From: Trichoplax adhaerens
Taxonomy: Eukaryota > Animalia > Placozoa
NCBI RefSeq assembly: GCF_000150275.1
Contig: NW_002060954.1
Span: forward strand, 372,001-436,000
Direction: 5' to 3'
Length of the DNA stretch: 64,000 nucleotides
Part shown: in pieces, positions 37,117 to 51,900 of the stretch
Layout of the letters: the number at the start of each line of letters is the position of its first letter
Position numbering within the stretch: position 1 is the stretch's first letter
The notes under the pieces: generated by a model
What the model was told of the DNA's origin: nothing
Databases searched by the model: none
What the model saw: the letters and a program-made list of their open reading frames with translations, nothing else
Made by a program: the position numbers and the translations under genes

Positions 37117-40100
37117 ATGTTACAGCCAGTACCTTCCAGTCAAATTTTAAATGCGCCATTCGCTGGTTGGAATGTCGTCGACTCGGCTACGGCTGCCGCT
37201 GTAGCCAATAACATATATCCATTCAATAGCAAATCGCAATCACAACATCTCAATATGAATAAAAGTAGTAACGGCAATAGTAGTACCGAGGGCAAAACAT
37301 CTCTCAATAACCATGATAATAGTCTTTCGATGACTCCTTCGTGTAGTACAAATAACAGTCAGAACGTTACAACTAATGTTGATAGCAGCAATGCTAATAT
37401 TAGAAGTGGCACCACTAACAACGGTGATTGCAATAGCATTAACCATAACAACACTCACCGTTACAACCAGGGTACTTGTAGCTATCAAGGCGGGCATAAC
37501 ATTTCCAGACGTCAGAATGGGCAAAGCTTAACATTACCACCTTCGAACCATTTTAACAAATCGCAAACACCCATCTACGTCCCACCGAATAGTATCCGCA
37601 GTCATGCAAGCCTCTATGGAGCATGGAGCGTACTCCATCAAAGTCGATCCCTAGATTTTAGTAGTCCAATGTTCAATATGTGGTATCCAAAATATAGCCT
37701 TGAGTCTACACCTCATTCTTCGATGTATACGGCCAACTATCCAAGTGGATTTACTACAGTAACACCTAGTAATCATCCATTAACGACAACATGTTCGGTC
37801 CCATCTGCAAGTGGATTGCAACATTGGATGGAAACTAACAATTCAACGCACACTCGTTCGCAGCATTCGGCACATTCGTCTGTATCACCTGGATCACCAT
37901 CAGCTATCCATGATGCAAGCTTTTCACATCGACACAATGATAATAAGAAGAAGATAAAGAATGGTAATGCAACTAAAGGTGAGCAAATTTATTCGAAATG
38001 AAAACAACAGCAGATGGCAAATTGATTACTGATGTTCGCTAATCTTTATATAAATAGTCACTAGCTACCCAGTGTATATTTAGCTATCGACATGTACGGC
38101 ATATGACTATATCGGTTTACAGCTATTCGATGATTAATAGTCGATCCTCGTTCGTTATACTTCGCGTGCAATGACTGTACTTATACCTACTACTAATAAT
38201 ATAATTAAATTGTATGTATGCGATTAGATATTTTTAATCCGAATTTACAGTTACATTAGTATACTGAATAACGCACAGCTGTAAAACAGGCCTGCCATTT
38301 CATAGTGGGTGCCTGCAGAACTGTACTTACAGTTCATACTGTAGTTATGAGAAAACGCTAACATTCAGCTAAATTCTCAAACTTATGTACTTTTTTATTC
38401 TAAGTGTAGGTTAGATTTAAGTCACTTATTAGATAGTTATACAAGTATACGTATCATAGACACCTTTGTGCAAAAACTCATCGCAAGTTAGCCAGGTAGC
38501 ATGAAGAAAGTCATAATGCTACCGATGCCAGCTCAGCTTTTCGTCGCTTTATAGCTTCATACTTACAGCACGACGGAATTGTGAACATTTCATTGTTCTA
38601 TAGCGTTCTTTACATGTTAATACTTTCTAACAACTTTACTTTTCTGTTTGATGTTATTCATTATTTTATCTTTCAGAGATTTACAGAGTGAGAATTTAGT
38701 TCTATAATTAATAAATTGTAGCTAACAATAAACAAAGTGTGCCATTGAGTACTTTCAAGTAGTATCCTAGGTCTAATCAAGTACAGTAATCCTGTCCATT
38801 CAGTAGGGTTACTAAATTTTCCTTTCGATACTTTAAATACCAAATTTAATAATGGTTTATTCATAATACAGTTCTCTATAGGCTTCTAAAAATATAACAT
38901 TTATACGGTCCATCGTGACTGCTCCAATGAGCTGATTACTCGTTATTAATGAAAATGGTTATATTAGCGGACGGGAATAATATAAAATTTAGATGTTATA
39001 TTACTCATTTTAGAATAAATTACTTTCCATATTACGTTATATTATAAACTTTCATAGCAGCCATTAATGCTAAACTATTTATTATTTACCATAGTATTCT
39101 ACTCTCGATGTCCTACATATCCAAAAAGCTGTGCTGTACTTATGTTGATACGTTTACTTTGCAATATTTTTTCTTATTTCTTTTAACTAATTGAATAATT
39201 TAATAGGGACAAGAGCTTGTGCTAATTGCGGTGTGATTTCTACGCCATTATGGCGTCGGGATGGCAGTGGACAATATCTTTGTAATGCTTGTGGTCTTTA
39301 TCATAAGATTAATGGGGTTAATAGACCGTTAGTAAAACCAAACAAAAGATTGGTAAGAGTCTTTTAACCTTGATAAATTTGGTTAATAGCATTAGTTTAG
39401 CAATAGCTTTAGTTTGTATTTCAACTCATATAATTTCACTATTTATCATTGTTGCTTAGTCAGTGAAGCTTCTGTTACCATAAGATTAATAATTACAGGT
39501 TATATAGTATTATAACTTCGTAATTGAGGCAAATTTTATTTGTAACTTCAGTTACATACTCAGCAAACTCATATTAAGGGATATTCCTACCACAAATTGG
39601 GCAAATAAATGCTTTTCAATATTAGTTTAAATGTGCGTCTCATGTAGGGCTAAAAAATTTGAAAATACTAGTGTTAATCTAATTATAGCTGAATCTGACC
39701 CTAGGTTCATATTGATTTCTACAGTCGTTAGCTCTGTACTATTACGTTTATTATAAAGAGATGTGTTGCCTATTTACAAAATTAAAATATCGACAATTTA
39801 CAAACATAGGATAATCTTCGTTAAGAGTTGTTATACTTTACATTTTACTTTGTTGAGAGATTCTAACCAATCCCGTAATGTTTACTGCATTGGACTTTAA
39901 GATCTACCTTGACAGCAATTAAATGGACTTAACTATTATCGATAAACAATCAATACTTGATTGCAAATTTCAGAACTACAACTACATAAAGAATCATGAT
40001 TATACTTCTGCAATAGCCTGTCTCTATAGGAAAGCGCGGTTATCGTACTGATACGAGTATAGTTCTTGGATATTGATTATATATCCATTAATCTGTTCAT

Positions 40101-42133
40101 TTATTTGTGGATACATAATGTTGACCTAATTTAGACTCAGTTTTCGTGTTTGAGATGTTTCTAAAATCCAATATACGTTAAATCACTCCCGAAGCTACGA
40201 AGTTGACTAAATCGTCATACGCTATTGCAATGTTATTCATGGCTATACTGCAATATCCCTATAATCAAAATCAATTAGTAACTTGAAAGTAGCATTGTTT
40301 TCTAGTCTATGAGGATATATTTCATTATCAAACACAGCATTTAATATATCTTGACTTTCTTATCTTATCAAGTTAGTTCTATTAGAAACTTATTGTGAAG
40401 AAGTATATTACATGCAGTAAAAGTAGTAAGTATAATCAATCTTTTATTAGAAATCTTGGCGACAGCTTGTGAATTATTTTCAGAATTTTTGATGATCGTT
40501 TCTATAGAAAACTCTTCAGTTGATCTTGCATAACTATTACCTGTATGAGTCAGTAACTTTGACCCATCAAGAAAAGTGCTATGGATTCTCTTTAATAATT
40601 ACTGTATATATATATATATATTACTGTACTGTATGCTTACAAGCAGGCAAACATTACTTAGTTGTAGCAATGCTACTTAAGTAATTCTATTCTACTGTAT
40701 TTGAGATTGTATTTCACATAAGTATCCTTATAATAGTTTATATATTCACATAACTATGAGGCCCTTGTAGAATAAGTATGATAACTGCTAATAGATAAAA
40801 GTGATTCACGATAATCTACTGTAAAAGATCGTAACGATTTCATGGCCTTAAAAGAAAATTTTGATCACCGACAGATTGATGAAAATTTACTGGCATCATC
40901 GATTAGAGCAAATATTTTGTGAATCATGTCAGCGAAACGTGCATATCTATAATTTATTAAATTGGTTCTATATCTACAGATATAGCCTTTTCATTCAATT
41001 ATTGATCAGTAATTGATTAGAAATTGAGTAGATATATATCATATCGTATATTCTTGTAGGAATACAAAAATCAAATTTATTCAGTTGTATAATATAGGAG
41101 GTACAAAATTCTTTATTATTTTATAATCTGTTAATATATTATATATACATGATTGAATAATCATAGAAGATAAATGGTAAAGATAGCAGAGTATATTGCT
41201 TGCAAGAGATTTACTAAAATAAAATCAGAAAATCTAGTTTTTACATGACTCGTACGTGATGTGTTCGAGATAAGTAATGTCTAATAAATAATTACTTTAC
41301 TTCATTTAATGTAGTCATCCACACGAAGAATGGACTTGATTTGTGCCAATTGTAACACCGATAGAACTACACTATGGAGGAGAAATAAATATGGACAGCC
41401 TGTGTGTAATGCTTGTGGCCTATACTTTAAACTTCATGAAGTAAGTGCAATTTCCAACAAATAACATAGTGTTGATATTTATATGTTTGTAGTAAGTAGC
41501 ATAATTAAAATCTACACAGATGTAATTTATGTGTAGTAGTGTGATCATGGTATAGCAAATTGGGCATATATTGTTATATATGCGTATATTTATACATAAT
41601 TAATACTTAGTACTACTGTCATATTGAGATATAGTACTGTAGCCAAACATGGTATTATGCAGATTAATATATATTTAGAGATAGTATATATAAGATGTAT
41701 ATTCTTTTTACCGCATTGAGGTATATACAACGAGTTAGATAGTACTTTGATGATTAATTAGTTCAATAAAGTTTTGTTCATACATAACAATGCAAATCCA
41801 CGTTCCTGATTAGTATTGTGTCCTATTCGTTGCAGTAATTGAATATAACATCAATCATTAATACTAAAGGATATTTTTAATTCGATTTTATTCTAGATAA
41901 ATCGGCCGATGTCCCTAAAAAAGGAATGGATACAAACTAGGAAAAGAAAACATAAGATTAAATCAAAGAAAAAGAATCATATGGCTTTATCACCTGGATC
42001 TAAATCTCTATCTAATACTTCAATTTTTTCCATGGATGAGGATGAGATAGAACATCAACATTACTCAACTTCAGCACTCTACGCTGAGGAAATAGATAGC
42101 AATGACCATGGTACAGAAAAGAACCATTCTTGA
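37117..42133 (+). CDS. GATA: GATA transcription factor with two C4 zinc fingers
   Basis: Exons (37089)37117-37978 (N/S/H-rich), 39207-39352 ([45 protein letters not shown]), 41315-41440 ([33 protein letters not shown]) and 41897-42133 ([18 protein letters not shown]...). Intron positions and phases (1,0,0) match those of bilaterian GATA genes. A possible upstream coding exon 35336-35379 joins in phase. Confidence 0.97.
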
Positions 42134-44710
42134 TCAAGAACTATGTCACCAAAAGCGCTACCCTGAAGAAATATTAGTTTTGATAAATAATAATCTATTG
42201 ATACTAAAATCCTTATCTTATATTTCAAACGTAGCTTAAATGGATTGACTCTTGCAACGTACATGATCCAGGCCTAAACTATTCTCTATTGCATACTGTC
42301 AAATCTTGTACAGTTGCAATATACATAGTTGACTTCGTTGTGGTGCTTAAAAACGATCTTTTTCCTATTATTACTAGCTGTGTTATTCTTTTATTCTATC
42401 ACCTAAGCTACATTTATGAAGGATTAGTTGGTGACAGATTGTGAATAATAATAATATTAGAATATTATAGATTAAAAAACTCTTCAATCTACGCCATTAA
42501 GCAGGGTAGAATAATACTTTACAATATCTACAGGATTTATCGTGCACATTATAAGACGATGTTGTACAGTAAGAGATTAGCATGATGTGATATTTGATAG
42601 TTAGAGATAGTCATATGCAGTTTGTCGCTCAAAATTTTATCAGTTTCTGCCGTTATTCATCTATTTAGCTTAAGTAAGACGAATAGTGAAGAAAATCCTC
42701 ATTATTTGCGGCATTCAATGTTTTATGACTTGCATTTTCCCTGGAATGTTAAAGACTAATAGATAATGGATTGATTAAGAATATATCGCTGAATAAACGG
42801 CTATATTAATATTGCTAATAATAATATTTGTATGATATCGTGTACACAGTAGTTATCATATACGAATACTAAGATATCTATGGTAAAGTATCCGGCATAT
42901 TAAACTCGTTCTTTCGAGCCTTACTAGATTACTATTCTGATACTGAACCCTATGAACAATAATAAAGGTCGTATATTACTACATGATTGTTAAATTATTT
43001 GTCTATTGATAACCTGTAATCAAAAGCTGTATTTTAGAGTCCTAAACATATCATGGTATTCTACCAAATTTTAGAAGTAGTAGAATAAATTTACTTTCCG
43101 CCGAGGATTCCTTTGTTATTTTGTTTAAATTATGTTTGAAGTACCCGTAATTTTTATTTAGGCTTGGTTATGGATGTAACCGCTCATAAATTTTTCATCG
43201 TTGTAATGGAAGTGACATAATTCGTATAATGTTAACTGTGTTTAAGGTTATAGTGATACTATGAGGGTAATAGCTTTAAATTCGAGATTATATAGCGCAG
43301 CGTTAATAAATAAATTGAAGGACGATATATTTTAAAATACTTCCGTTTTCTATTAAGCTTTACAAAATATTTTAATGACATAGGACACCTTAAGATTTCA
43401 TAAGTATTTTTCATTAGCTTAGATGCTAGCTTTCGTAATTGTATACATTGCCGATAATAAATATGCGCATTTTATAGATACAATCTTTTTCTTATCGAAT
43501 GTTGTACAAGGAGCTATCACTTTATGAATGTCTGGTATACGAGTATTTTAGCCTAGTACTTTACAGCACACCTTGAACAATGTGTTACGCATTAATGATA
43601 TTAAATTTTAGTAAGTATTAGTAATACTTTTCTGTGCATATACTTATGCATAGATATTGCGCAGACTTGGTTATGAAGCGGTAATGCATTAGTTCCTGAA
43701 TTATTGTTAAGAATACAAATTTTATCTAGAGTAGGGTAAATGATCAAATTACAATCTTAGCGTAGCCTACAAGTAAAGCTATATGCTGTGATGGAAAATT
43801 TACAGTATAATAATACAGATTACAGGAATGCAAGCTTTTGTCCCACTCTCTCTTTTTAATTTCGGACTACTCGATCATACTAATTTTATTATAAATTATC
43901 TTATGCAGATCAACGAACCCTAAGTTGACATTAAAATCTTACGAAGGTAAAATTGTTTAACCTATTGCAGCTGTACAAATACTTATTCAGGTCTTGTTGA
44001 TCTAGACTTCTAATGTAAAAATCTCTGAGATAACATTCGCGAAGTCATATCCTATAAACCTTCGTAATAGCTGTTATGATGATATGTAACTAATTATTTA
44101 CATCGGTCTTTATTCCAAAACAATATGGTGATGTAATTCATGATAATAGTGATAAAATTCCGTCTTCTTACTAAATTCTTTGTACATACGGTACATTTCG
44201 TGGATGTAATTCTTGTGTATGGAAATTTATTATATTTGTTGTTAGTTTAAAAAACTGTAAACAATACTTAATCGGCTGTAAAAGTATTTCCTGTAAATGC
44301 GTTGGCGTTCACAATCAATTTAAAGATATGTTGACAGATGGAAACTCTTCGGTTACTTTAAGGGCTTCCTGCAAATATTTTCTGTGGTCAGTGACACAAA
44401 ACCGGCATCAAATTTTTCTTTCGATATTGATACCTAGCTTCCTTTGGTATAATATCTCTGTCGATTATTTGCTGCATACGTGCATAGGCTAAGTACTGTA
44501 ATAGTCTCATTTAACCTGATAAATTACGATAATAATGATAGTTACAACAGTCTATCAAAAATGTGAGTAGAAAGGTGATGTTTGCATCTGTACACTAAAG
44601 ATTAAAAGCGTAATGCGATTTATTACTTTAAATTTTATAATCAGGGTTATATCCGCGGATCATCACTGCTTACAAGTCAGCTACATTCGCTACTTGCGCG
44701 CAGTACAAAA

Positions 44711-47198
44711 ATGGCGAAACTCATAAAAATCATAGAAAATTGTTGTGAAGTATTTGTCTGTTAATATGTTTACCATTTAGCACTTAAACTTTGATCAGTG
44801 TTATCATCAGTATGATCACTAGCCAATGTTCATGATAATATCATAGAAAAAATTCAGGTATTATGCTATTAAAGTATCTGTACACAAGAGCATACACATA
44901 TGTTTAAATCTGACTATAGTTCAACGGTTAAAAGATTCTAAGAAAACAAAAATTCTAATTATCATTGTTTCGATACCACGAATGCTGTAATTAGTTTACT
45001 ACATTGAAGTGATGAAGGATAGTTTTCATATTACAAGAATATTAATAAATAATTACTATTAAAGACAGGATCTGACAAGCATGGCGCTAGAAAATTGGCT
45101 ATAGACGGAGTAATTAATCGTCATTTGTTTAAGACTGCCAGTCAGCTTAAGTGAGTGAAATTTTCGTTGCATGAATGGTTATTGATGTATTCACTTATAA
45201 CGATTATAAAATATAAAACTTCATATTATACTAAAGTCTATCATAAACACGTTTATTGTATTAACAATTGTTTCCAGGTATTATTATACGATTCTTAGTT
45301 AATCTTTAAGGCTAACCTGATAATATCTGCTTTGATTTAGAAGAGTTTGATAAATTTTTGATCACTGATCATTACTCAGACTTGGTATAATTTTAGATGA
45401 TGACTTAGGTAACAAATATGCACTGAAAAACGTGATGGTTTATGCAGATGCAGATGAGGTTATTTCAAGATCTTCATTCACCGCATTAACTAGTTCAGTA
45501 GAGGTTTAATTTTGATATTTATGTGAATTAATATGCTTTCTAATACGCGTATATTCAGAATATCCTTAGTAATATATATTAATAAATCATTATTATAGAA
45601 ATTGCTTTGTTTGCTCTGGATTTAAGCCTTTATCTTTCAATAGTTATCAAGAATATTGTAATACTTATTGATTAAAATATCAATATTTTTATCATTGATA
45701 CCGTAGAAGGGCTAAAATTAATACAATACAATTCGAAAGTTGCAGTAAATGCGATATTAATATTAACTACAATTCGGTCCACATTGTATGAGAGACGCAG
45801 TTACATTAACAGTAGAATTACTATATACTATGATTTGTAACGTGTATGACGCACTGCTTTACACTATACGTGTATGGATCAAATAGTGATATGGCGATAA
45901 AAAGATAGATAATATTCAGCGTCATCATAAGTAGCTGATAACATCATTATGTACAGTATGATTAATTACTTATTTTATCTGCTTACATACTGTAATACCT
46001 TTATTACTCTTTATTGTCAATCAAGTTTAAGCGCAAATTCTCCGGCGATTTGTGAGAATTTTAGGGATAAAATGGGCGAGATTTCAATACTAAAACATGT
46101 TATTTAAGAATTATTTTCTTCTAGATTATGCTAATATTACAATAAATACTTCAAACATTCGCATTATATTACGCCAATATGATAACTGATTGTGTATCAA
46201 CAAGGAAAATGACTCTGATGACTAAGGCTCAGCGACTACATGAAAGTCCAATTAGCAGAAGTAGCAGTGACTGAGTAAAAAGTATTAATGTCCATATAGT
46301 ATTAATCACAGGACTATCGAACTTTCTTTTTCTGTACTTGCGATAGCTTGATATTCATGATTAAATTAACGTAATTACGAGCATTGTATCAATTATATAT
46401 TTTTTACTCGATATCTACCGTTAATAACAGATAGTTACAGAAAGAACTTGAAGCGATATAAGAAAAGAGGAAATCAGATCTGGAAGTTGTTGATATGTTC
46501 GAGTACATAGAGTAAGCGTATGACTATGGTACGATATATCTTCAGCTGCCACCATTATGTTTTTGTTGCAATGTGATTTGCCTCATACTCTTACACATAT
46601 ATTGCCCTCTCTGTATCGGAAAGTAGACCGCAAAATTAAATTAAATTTCTGCTTACCGGATAATTGAATACGAATTAAAAAATTATAGCACTTTAATTTC
46701 GAAAACTTCGATTATTACGGTATGATAGTCCTACTTCTTCGAGCACTCTCTCGTTTACTATTATATTATTATCACTACCTGCGTTTGAGCATTGTGTTGG
46801 GGGCATTGATGTCTTCATAGTATGCTAGATATCTGAAATCTCTGGAGGTTCTAGAAGTTTGTGGTTAGCTGATTAAGTTGATATTGCTAAACTAAATATT
46901 ACGAGCAATATAAGGAACTGCGTTTCCGGCGGTCTTCTTAATACTCGTATATGTTTATTGTACGCGTAAAATATCGTATACCTGCATACAGTATATGTAA
47001 ATGAAGTGACTCATTGTCTTTGACCCACATACAATACACCTCACATCAAATTACTGTAATGATTCACCATTTACTCGTCTGCATTCTACTGTAGTCTACT
47101 GTATGTGATATGTTTGTAGAAGGGAAACCATGATGGATGTCAAAGATAGTTGGAGGATGAAGAATAGGTTTATTCAGAGATTGAGAACAAGTAGGTAG
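44711..47198 (+). pseudogene. Fragmentary multi-exon gene or decaying pseudogene of unknown function
   Basis: AAAATGGCG start at 44711. Phase-matched exon pairs: 45069-45150 + 45380-45503 (GSDKHGARKLAIDGVINRHLFKTASQLKLGIILDDDLGNKYALKNVMVYADADEVISRSSF) and ~46435-46511 + 47120-47198 (..KRKSDLEVVDMFEYIERETMMDVKDSWRMKNRFIQRL). There is an in-frame TAA at 46459-46461 unless an AAG acceptor at 46462 is used. I could not close a complete ORF. Confidence 0.4.
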
Positions 47199-47367
47199 GA
47201 ACAGAACAAATCACTCGTATTCATTACATCTACAGTACAAATTATTTAACCGAAAGGAATTGATAGATGAGCCAGTGTTACAGCGTACGTACCTGCTTGT
47301 GCTGGGGTATCAATGTCAGTTTCAACCAATCAAAAGCTAATTATCGGCATTCGATCGATTACTGCTT

Positions 47368-48125
47368 ACTACTGTAGTGTACAGTACTGTACAGTACAAC
47401 AACCGTATTGAAGGTTCGTACTACTCTCAATCAGCATGGGAGACAAGAGATTGTACGCGTAGTTGAAGTTATTGTAAAACTAACTACTAACTCCTAGACC
47501 TGACAATTCTCTCTTTATTGTATTGAAAAGCAGCGGCTTATATAAATACGTACGCCGTTCACACTTAAAATGCATTATAAATACAAGTTTAATCTAACAA
47601 ATACAGCGTGGTATAGAATAGCAAGTTGAGAGCGGGTAAGCAATGATTCAAACAACCTTTGGCATACTGTACTGTACTGTACAGTACAGTACTCGTATGG
47701 TCTAATGTACTGTACTGTACTATACAGGGTACGCTACTGTACGGTACTCAACTTGCATGCAAAGTACTGTACAGTATCAAGAGGTTCGCTACAGTAGTTG
47801 ATACGTGCTGACGGTGCTGTACTGTACTGTACAGTGTACAGTACAGCATGAATGTCATTACAGTACCGTACTGTACTGTACAGTATGTTCTCTTGTCGTG
47901 CTACACACTAACATATGGACTGACATACAGTACAGTACTGTACTGTACTGTACAGTACAGTAGTTTAAAGAGGAATGTTGTACTGTACAGTTTTTCTCTA
48001 GAAGTCTTATTAGAAGCCCCTTAGTCCGGTTCTTGATGTACTGTACTGTACAGTACTGTACACTGTACAGTAGACTTCGATAACGATCATATTTACAGTT
48101 ACTGCAGTACAGTACAGTATAGTAT
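47368..48125. repeat. Dispersed (TACTG)n/(CAGTA)n palindromic pentamer clusters upstream of KSR
   Basis: Clusters at ~47368-47398, 47666-47775, 47817-47885, 47926-47990 and 48038-48120, e.g. tactgtactgtactgtacagtacagtac. Confidence 0.85.
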
Positions 48126-48920
48126 TTATTAATTAATTATAATTAGTTAAAAAAAATTAAAATTAATATACTGCATATAGAATACTATAGAGAAAATCTT
48201 AAAATCATATCATCATCCTCCCTTTCTTATGGTTTGTCTGAAACTTGATCATAAATAATAACCTTATAATAACCTTACAAGCTGCTGGCAACCTTATATT
48301 TACAGTTGGTTCGCGAGCCCTTGATCCCGATTTCTTCTTCGCTTGTAAATATACTAGTGCGCGTATATCATTTGTAGGTTACAAGTCTATCGGTTATACA
48401 CCAGATTCACTTAGGAAAATACCTTTGTTATTTATATATTCACTTTGGCACAATAAAATATTTATTTATTGTCCATCCGCGAGAACATTGTGGTCTTGTA
48501 GTACGCTTTTAAGCAATATACTGTAGCAGACTATTCACAATTTTACTCATCGTCTTTTTTCATTCTGCTCAAAGTTGGTTATTGCTTTCTGGGTAACGCT
48601 ACTGCGATCTGATAATTATTTACGTATATTTTTTTATCCGTTTGCCTCCAGTTAAAGCTTCGTTTGATAAAGTATCGAAATTGGAGATAAGAAGAAGAAT
48701 ATTTAATCTTTTATAGAAATACTGGTGAAGTTATTTATGTTGTGAACTTAAAGCTTGTACTGTAACAACGTTACAAGACAGCAGTTTACAAACAGCTTTG
48801 CGGTTGGAGGTTGATCAGGTTATTTATTGCCTAATATAGGCATGCAAATTTTGTTTATACCTGATAGGAAGGAGATATATTCGTTAATACAGTAATTTGT
48901 AGTCCTTTTACATATAATCG

Positions 48921-51900
48921 ATGGTGGTTAGCAGCGTCAATAGCGATAGAATGGATGATAGGCAGCCAGCAAAGCTCCTGAAAGAGCGGCTAGAGGACCT
49001 TGGCGATTTACAAATTCTAATTGATACAACTGTAACTCAATTGATCCGTACTCGTGCACAATGTGACGTTACTTTTGATTTCATTCAACAGCAATTGCGT
49101 GCCCTTGAGGTAAGATTATTCTAGCATTAGTACATTGATAATTAATAATTGTCATATCTTTGTTATATTTTATGAACTGTGATATTTCATAGTACTACTA
49201 TGGTAAAGAAAAATCTTTAATCAAAACTATTAATGAATTGTGTGCTTAGGACGAATGATAAGCGTATGTTACTATAAGCTACGATGAAAAAATGATATCA
49301 ATAAGGATGTCAATAGTAATTTAATTTAAATTTGGCCCTAATGGGCTCGAAATGCAGCTACGTGGCACCATATCGCATGAAAGAACAAATTTTTATAGTT
49401 CTAAAATATTATTTTGACACACAAGCGAATTGAAGATATTATAATGGCGACAAAATAGGAAGGCTAAAAGGGATGCTAACCAGACTGTAGATAATAGTGT
49501 ATATAGTACTGATAATCAATTTTTATCTTAAGATCTCGATGTAGGCGCCTGCAGCTATACCAGGTCATATAGAATGGAAGAACGAACTTCCACAATTTCT
49601 AAGTTTTATTTTGACGTGATGAGGAAATGAACATACAGTAATACAGCGAATAACTTGAACAGTAGCCATTAATATTCATCTGCGCTCATGGTTAACTCTT
49701 TTGTTGACATTCCTGTACAAATTTATTGTTAACGTTTACTGTGTACACTATCACTGTAAAAGTTCATAAAAAGCATAACATTAGGTTTCGTTCACGTATA
49801 ATAATTTAAATTAGCATATTCTATTAAAATAGTAGTTATTAGTTTACTACTTTATGGAGTATTAGTTATATTGTAATTTTTAAATCAAAAGTTATCACTT
49901 TGTTAACAAATTATCTGGATCACTGCCGCTCCTGCTATGGTATTTGTCACGAATATTTTCATGATGTTTATTTTGGACCAACTTCTTTTTGATAGGGTAA
50001 AGTTATCAAGTATATTTCGCAACAGCTGTTAGAGATTGCTAATGGCATTCCACCCAATTCTCCTTCAATCGCTGATAAATTTTATCAGTATCCTAAACTT
50101 AATCAATGGCTAGAAGTTGTTGGAATGGAATCCTCAACCGCTAAGGTAATGGTTTGTCCAAATAGAGCGTATTAGTTTGTTAATGAATACAGCTAGTTCG
50201 ATACGATTGCAACTGTACAATGATTAAACCAATATGTTATACGAATGCGGATTGGCATGACTTATGATTTCGAGGTAGGATCGCGTTTATTGCTATGGGG
50301 TTAAACTTGAGAGATCGCAATGAATCCAACGGATAGATGAGGCTATATGCAGAATGTACTCTAGACATGATCGCGTTTCAGTCAGGTGGAGTTGAAAATC
50401 GAAGATATATCAGTATTATGATGCTAATGCATATTGCATACATTTAATTTCGATTCTATTATAAGCATTTCACAGATACAAGTACTGTATTTACAGTGAC
50501 CGTAAATCTCTGGTAGCAATTGAAATCCTTATACGCAGTGTACGTACATACGTGTATAGTACATCGTAATTTTTATTCGTCATCACATCCTACGCATTTG
50601 TTTGTGCAGTAAAGTACACGAATACTGTGCAAGAATATTGTATTGCATACCGCGCTACAAAGTACACGGTAAGTGCCGCCTGTTTTATATTTATACTAGT
50701 CAAACCCTCGCTGATGATTCTTCGCGTACTACACTTACCTTTTCATCGGGCAGGGGTGAATTACACGCTCATATCATTTTACGAGTAAAACCCAAAATCT
50801 ATATGCAAAATCAGTCGATATTTTTTAGGGTAGTTCTGCGAATTAATCCTAAAATAACACTTTACGGTACTATTAGGTAATAATTCTTTGTTTAGTAAAC
50901 GTATGATTTACTTACGCCAGTCGTAAATTGCTTGTCATTGATGAATAATATTATTAAGTATTGCAGAGTGAATTGGAATTACTGTATTGTTAATGTACCA
51001 CCATTTAACAGATTTCAATAATATAGCAGGTTTACGCCTAACACATATATTTTAGCAAGTAAACTCGCGATCATCCATGAATATGTTACCATTACGCTCT
51101 ATTGTGAACTCTGTACGAATTTAAACGTCAACTTAAATAGTTAAAAGTTATAATGATAAGGGTAGTGTAGTAAATATCAGGAGTTGCATAAGACTAAAAG
51201 TGAAAAAATTCGAATTCTACTTTCATGTAATATATTACTTTTGTTCGATTACTACTTATTTCATCTTCATGCGCCACTTGGTATCATCTTTGGTATTGCT
51301 CTACGAATTCTTTGTACAGAAACACTGATATTATTTCTTATTACGTCTGTATAATTACGATGTAATTGCAATATTTACGCGCTTGGAGAAGTCCTCTGTT
51401 GCATAAACTGTAATTGACCTATTCTCTATGATCTTTAAATTATAAAACGGTTGGATCAGATTCTTGATTTCTCTACTTAGGCTATTTGCGGTTTACAATT
51501 ACCACTTTCCACAATGTTAAATATGCAAGAAGAAGACATGCGACAAATGCTTAATGATGTTCAATGTAACGAAGGAGATAGTTGTCGCTTCATTGCTGCA
51601 ATGAAAAATCTTCGTTTATATTTGGGTAAGTCAGCAGCTATGTCTGTAGTGGCTTGTGCACCGTATGGTTGTAACGTTTGAATTAATGATGTTGGTAAAC
51701 TAGATTGCTATAACGTGTGTGAAAGTTGATTTATTATGAAACTTTAACTTACAATATAGCTGTAGCGAAGTATATTATAATTGTACAATATAACTGAGTA
51801 GGTGACGTAACGCATGTAATATGACTATAGCACTGTTCTGCTATTGTAGTGATAGTCCCTTATTCGATGTGCAAAGCAATTACCTTGTCAGTAATTTATT

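Noticed and set aside
40604-40621. (TA)n microsatellite in a GATA intron
   Set aside because: Short, ordinary simple repeat.
44316-44490. Minus-strand coding-looking fragments (YARMQQIIDRDIIPKEAR; KYLQEALKVTEEFP)
   Set aside because: Different frames, no consistent splice path and no recognisable family.
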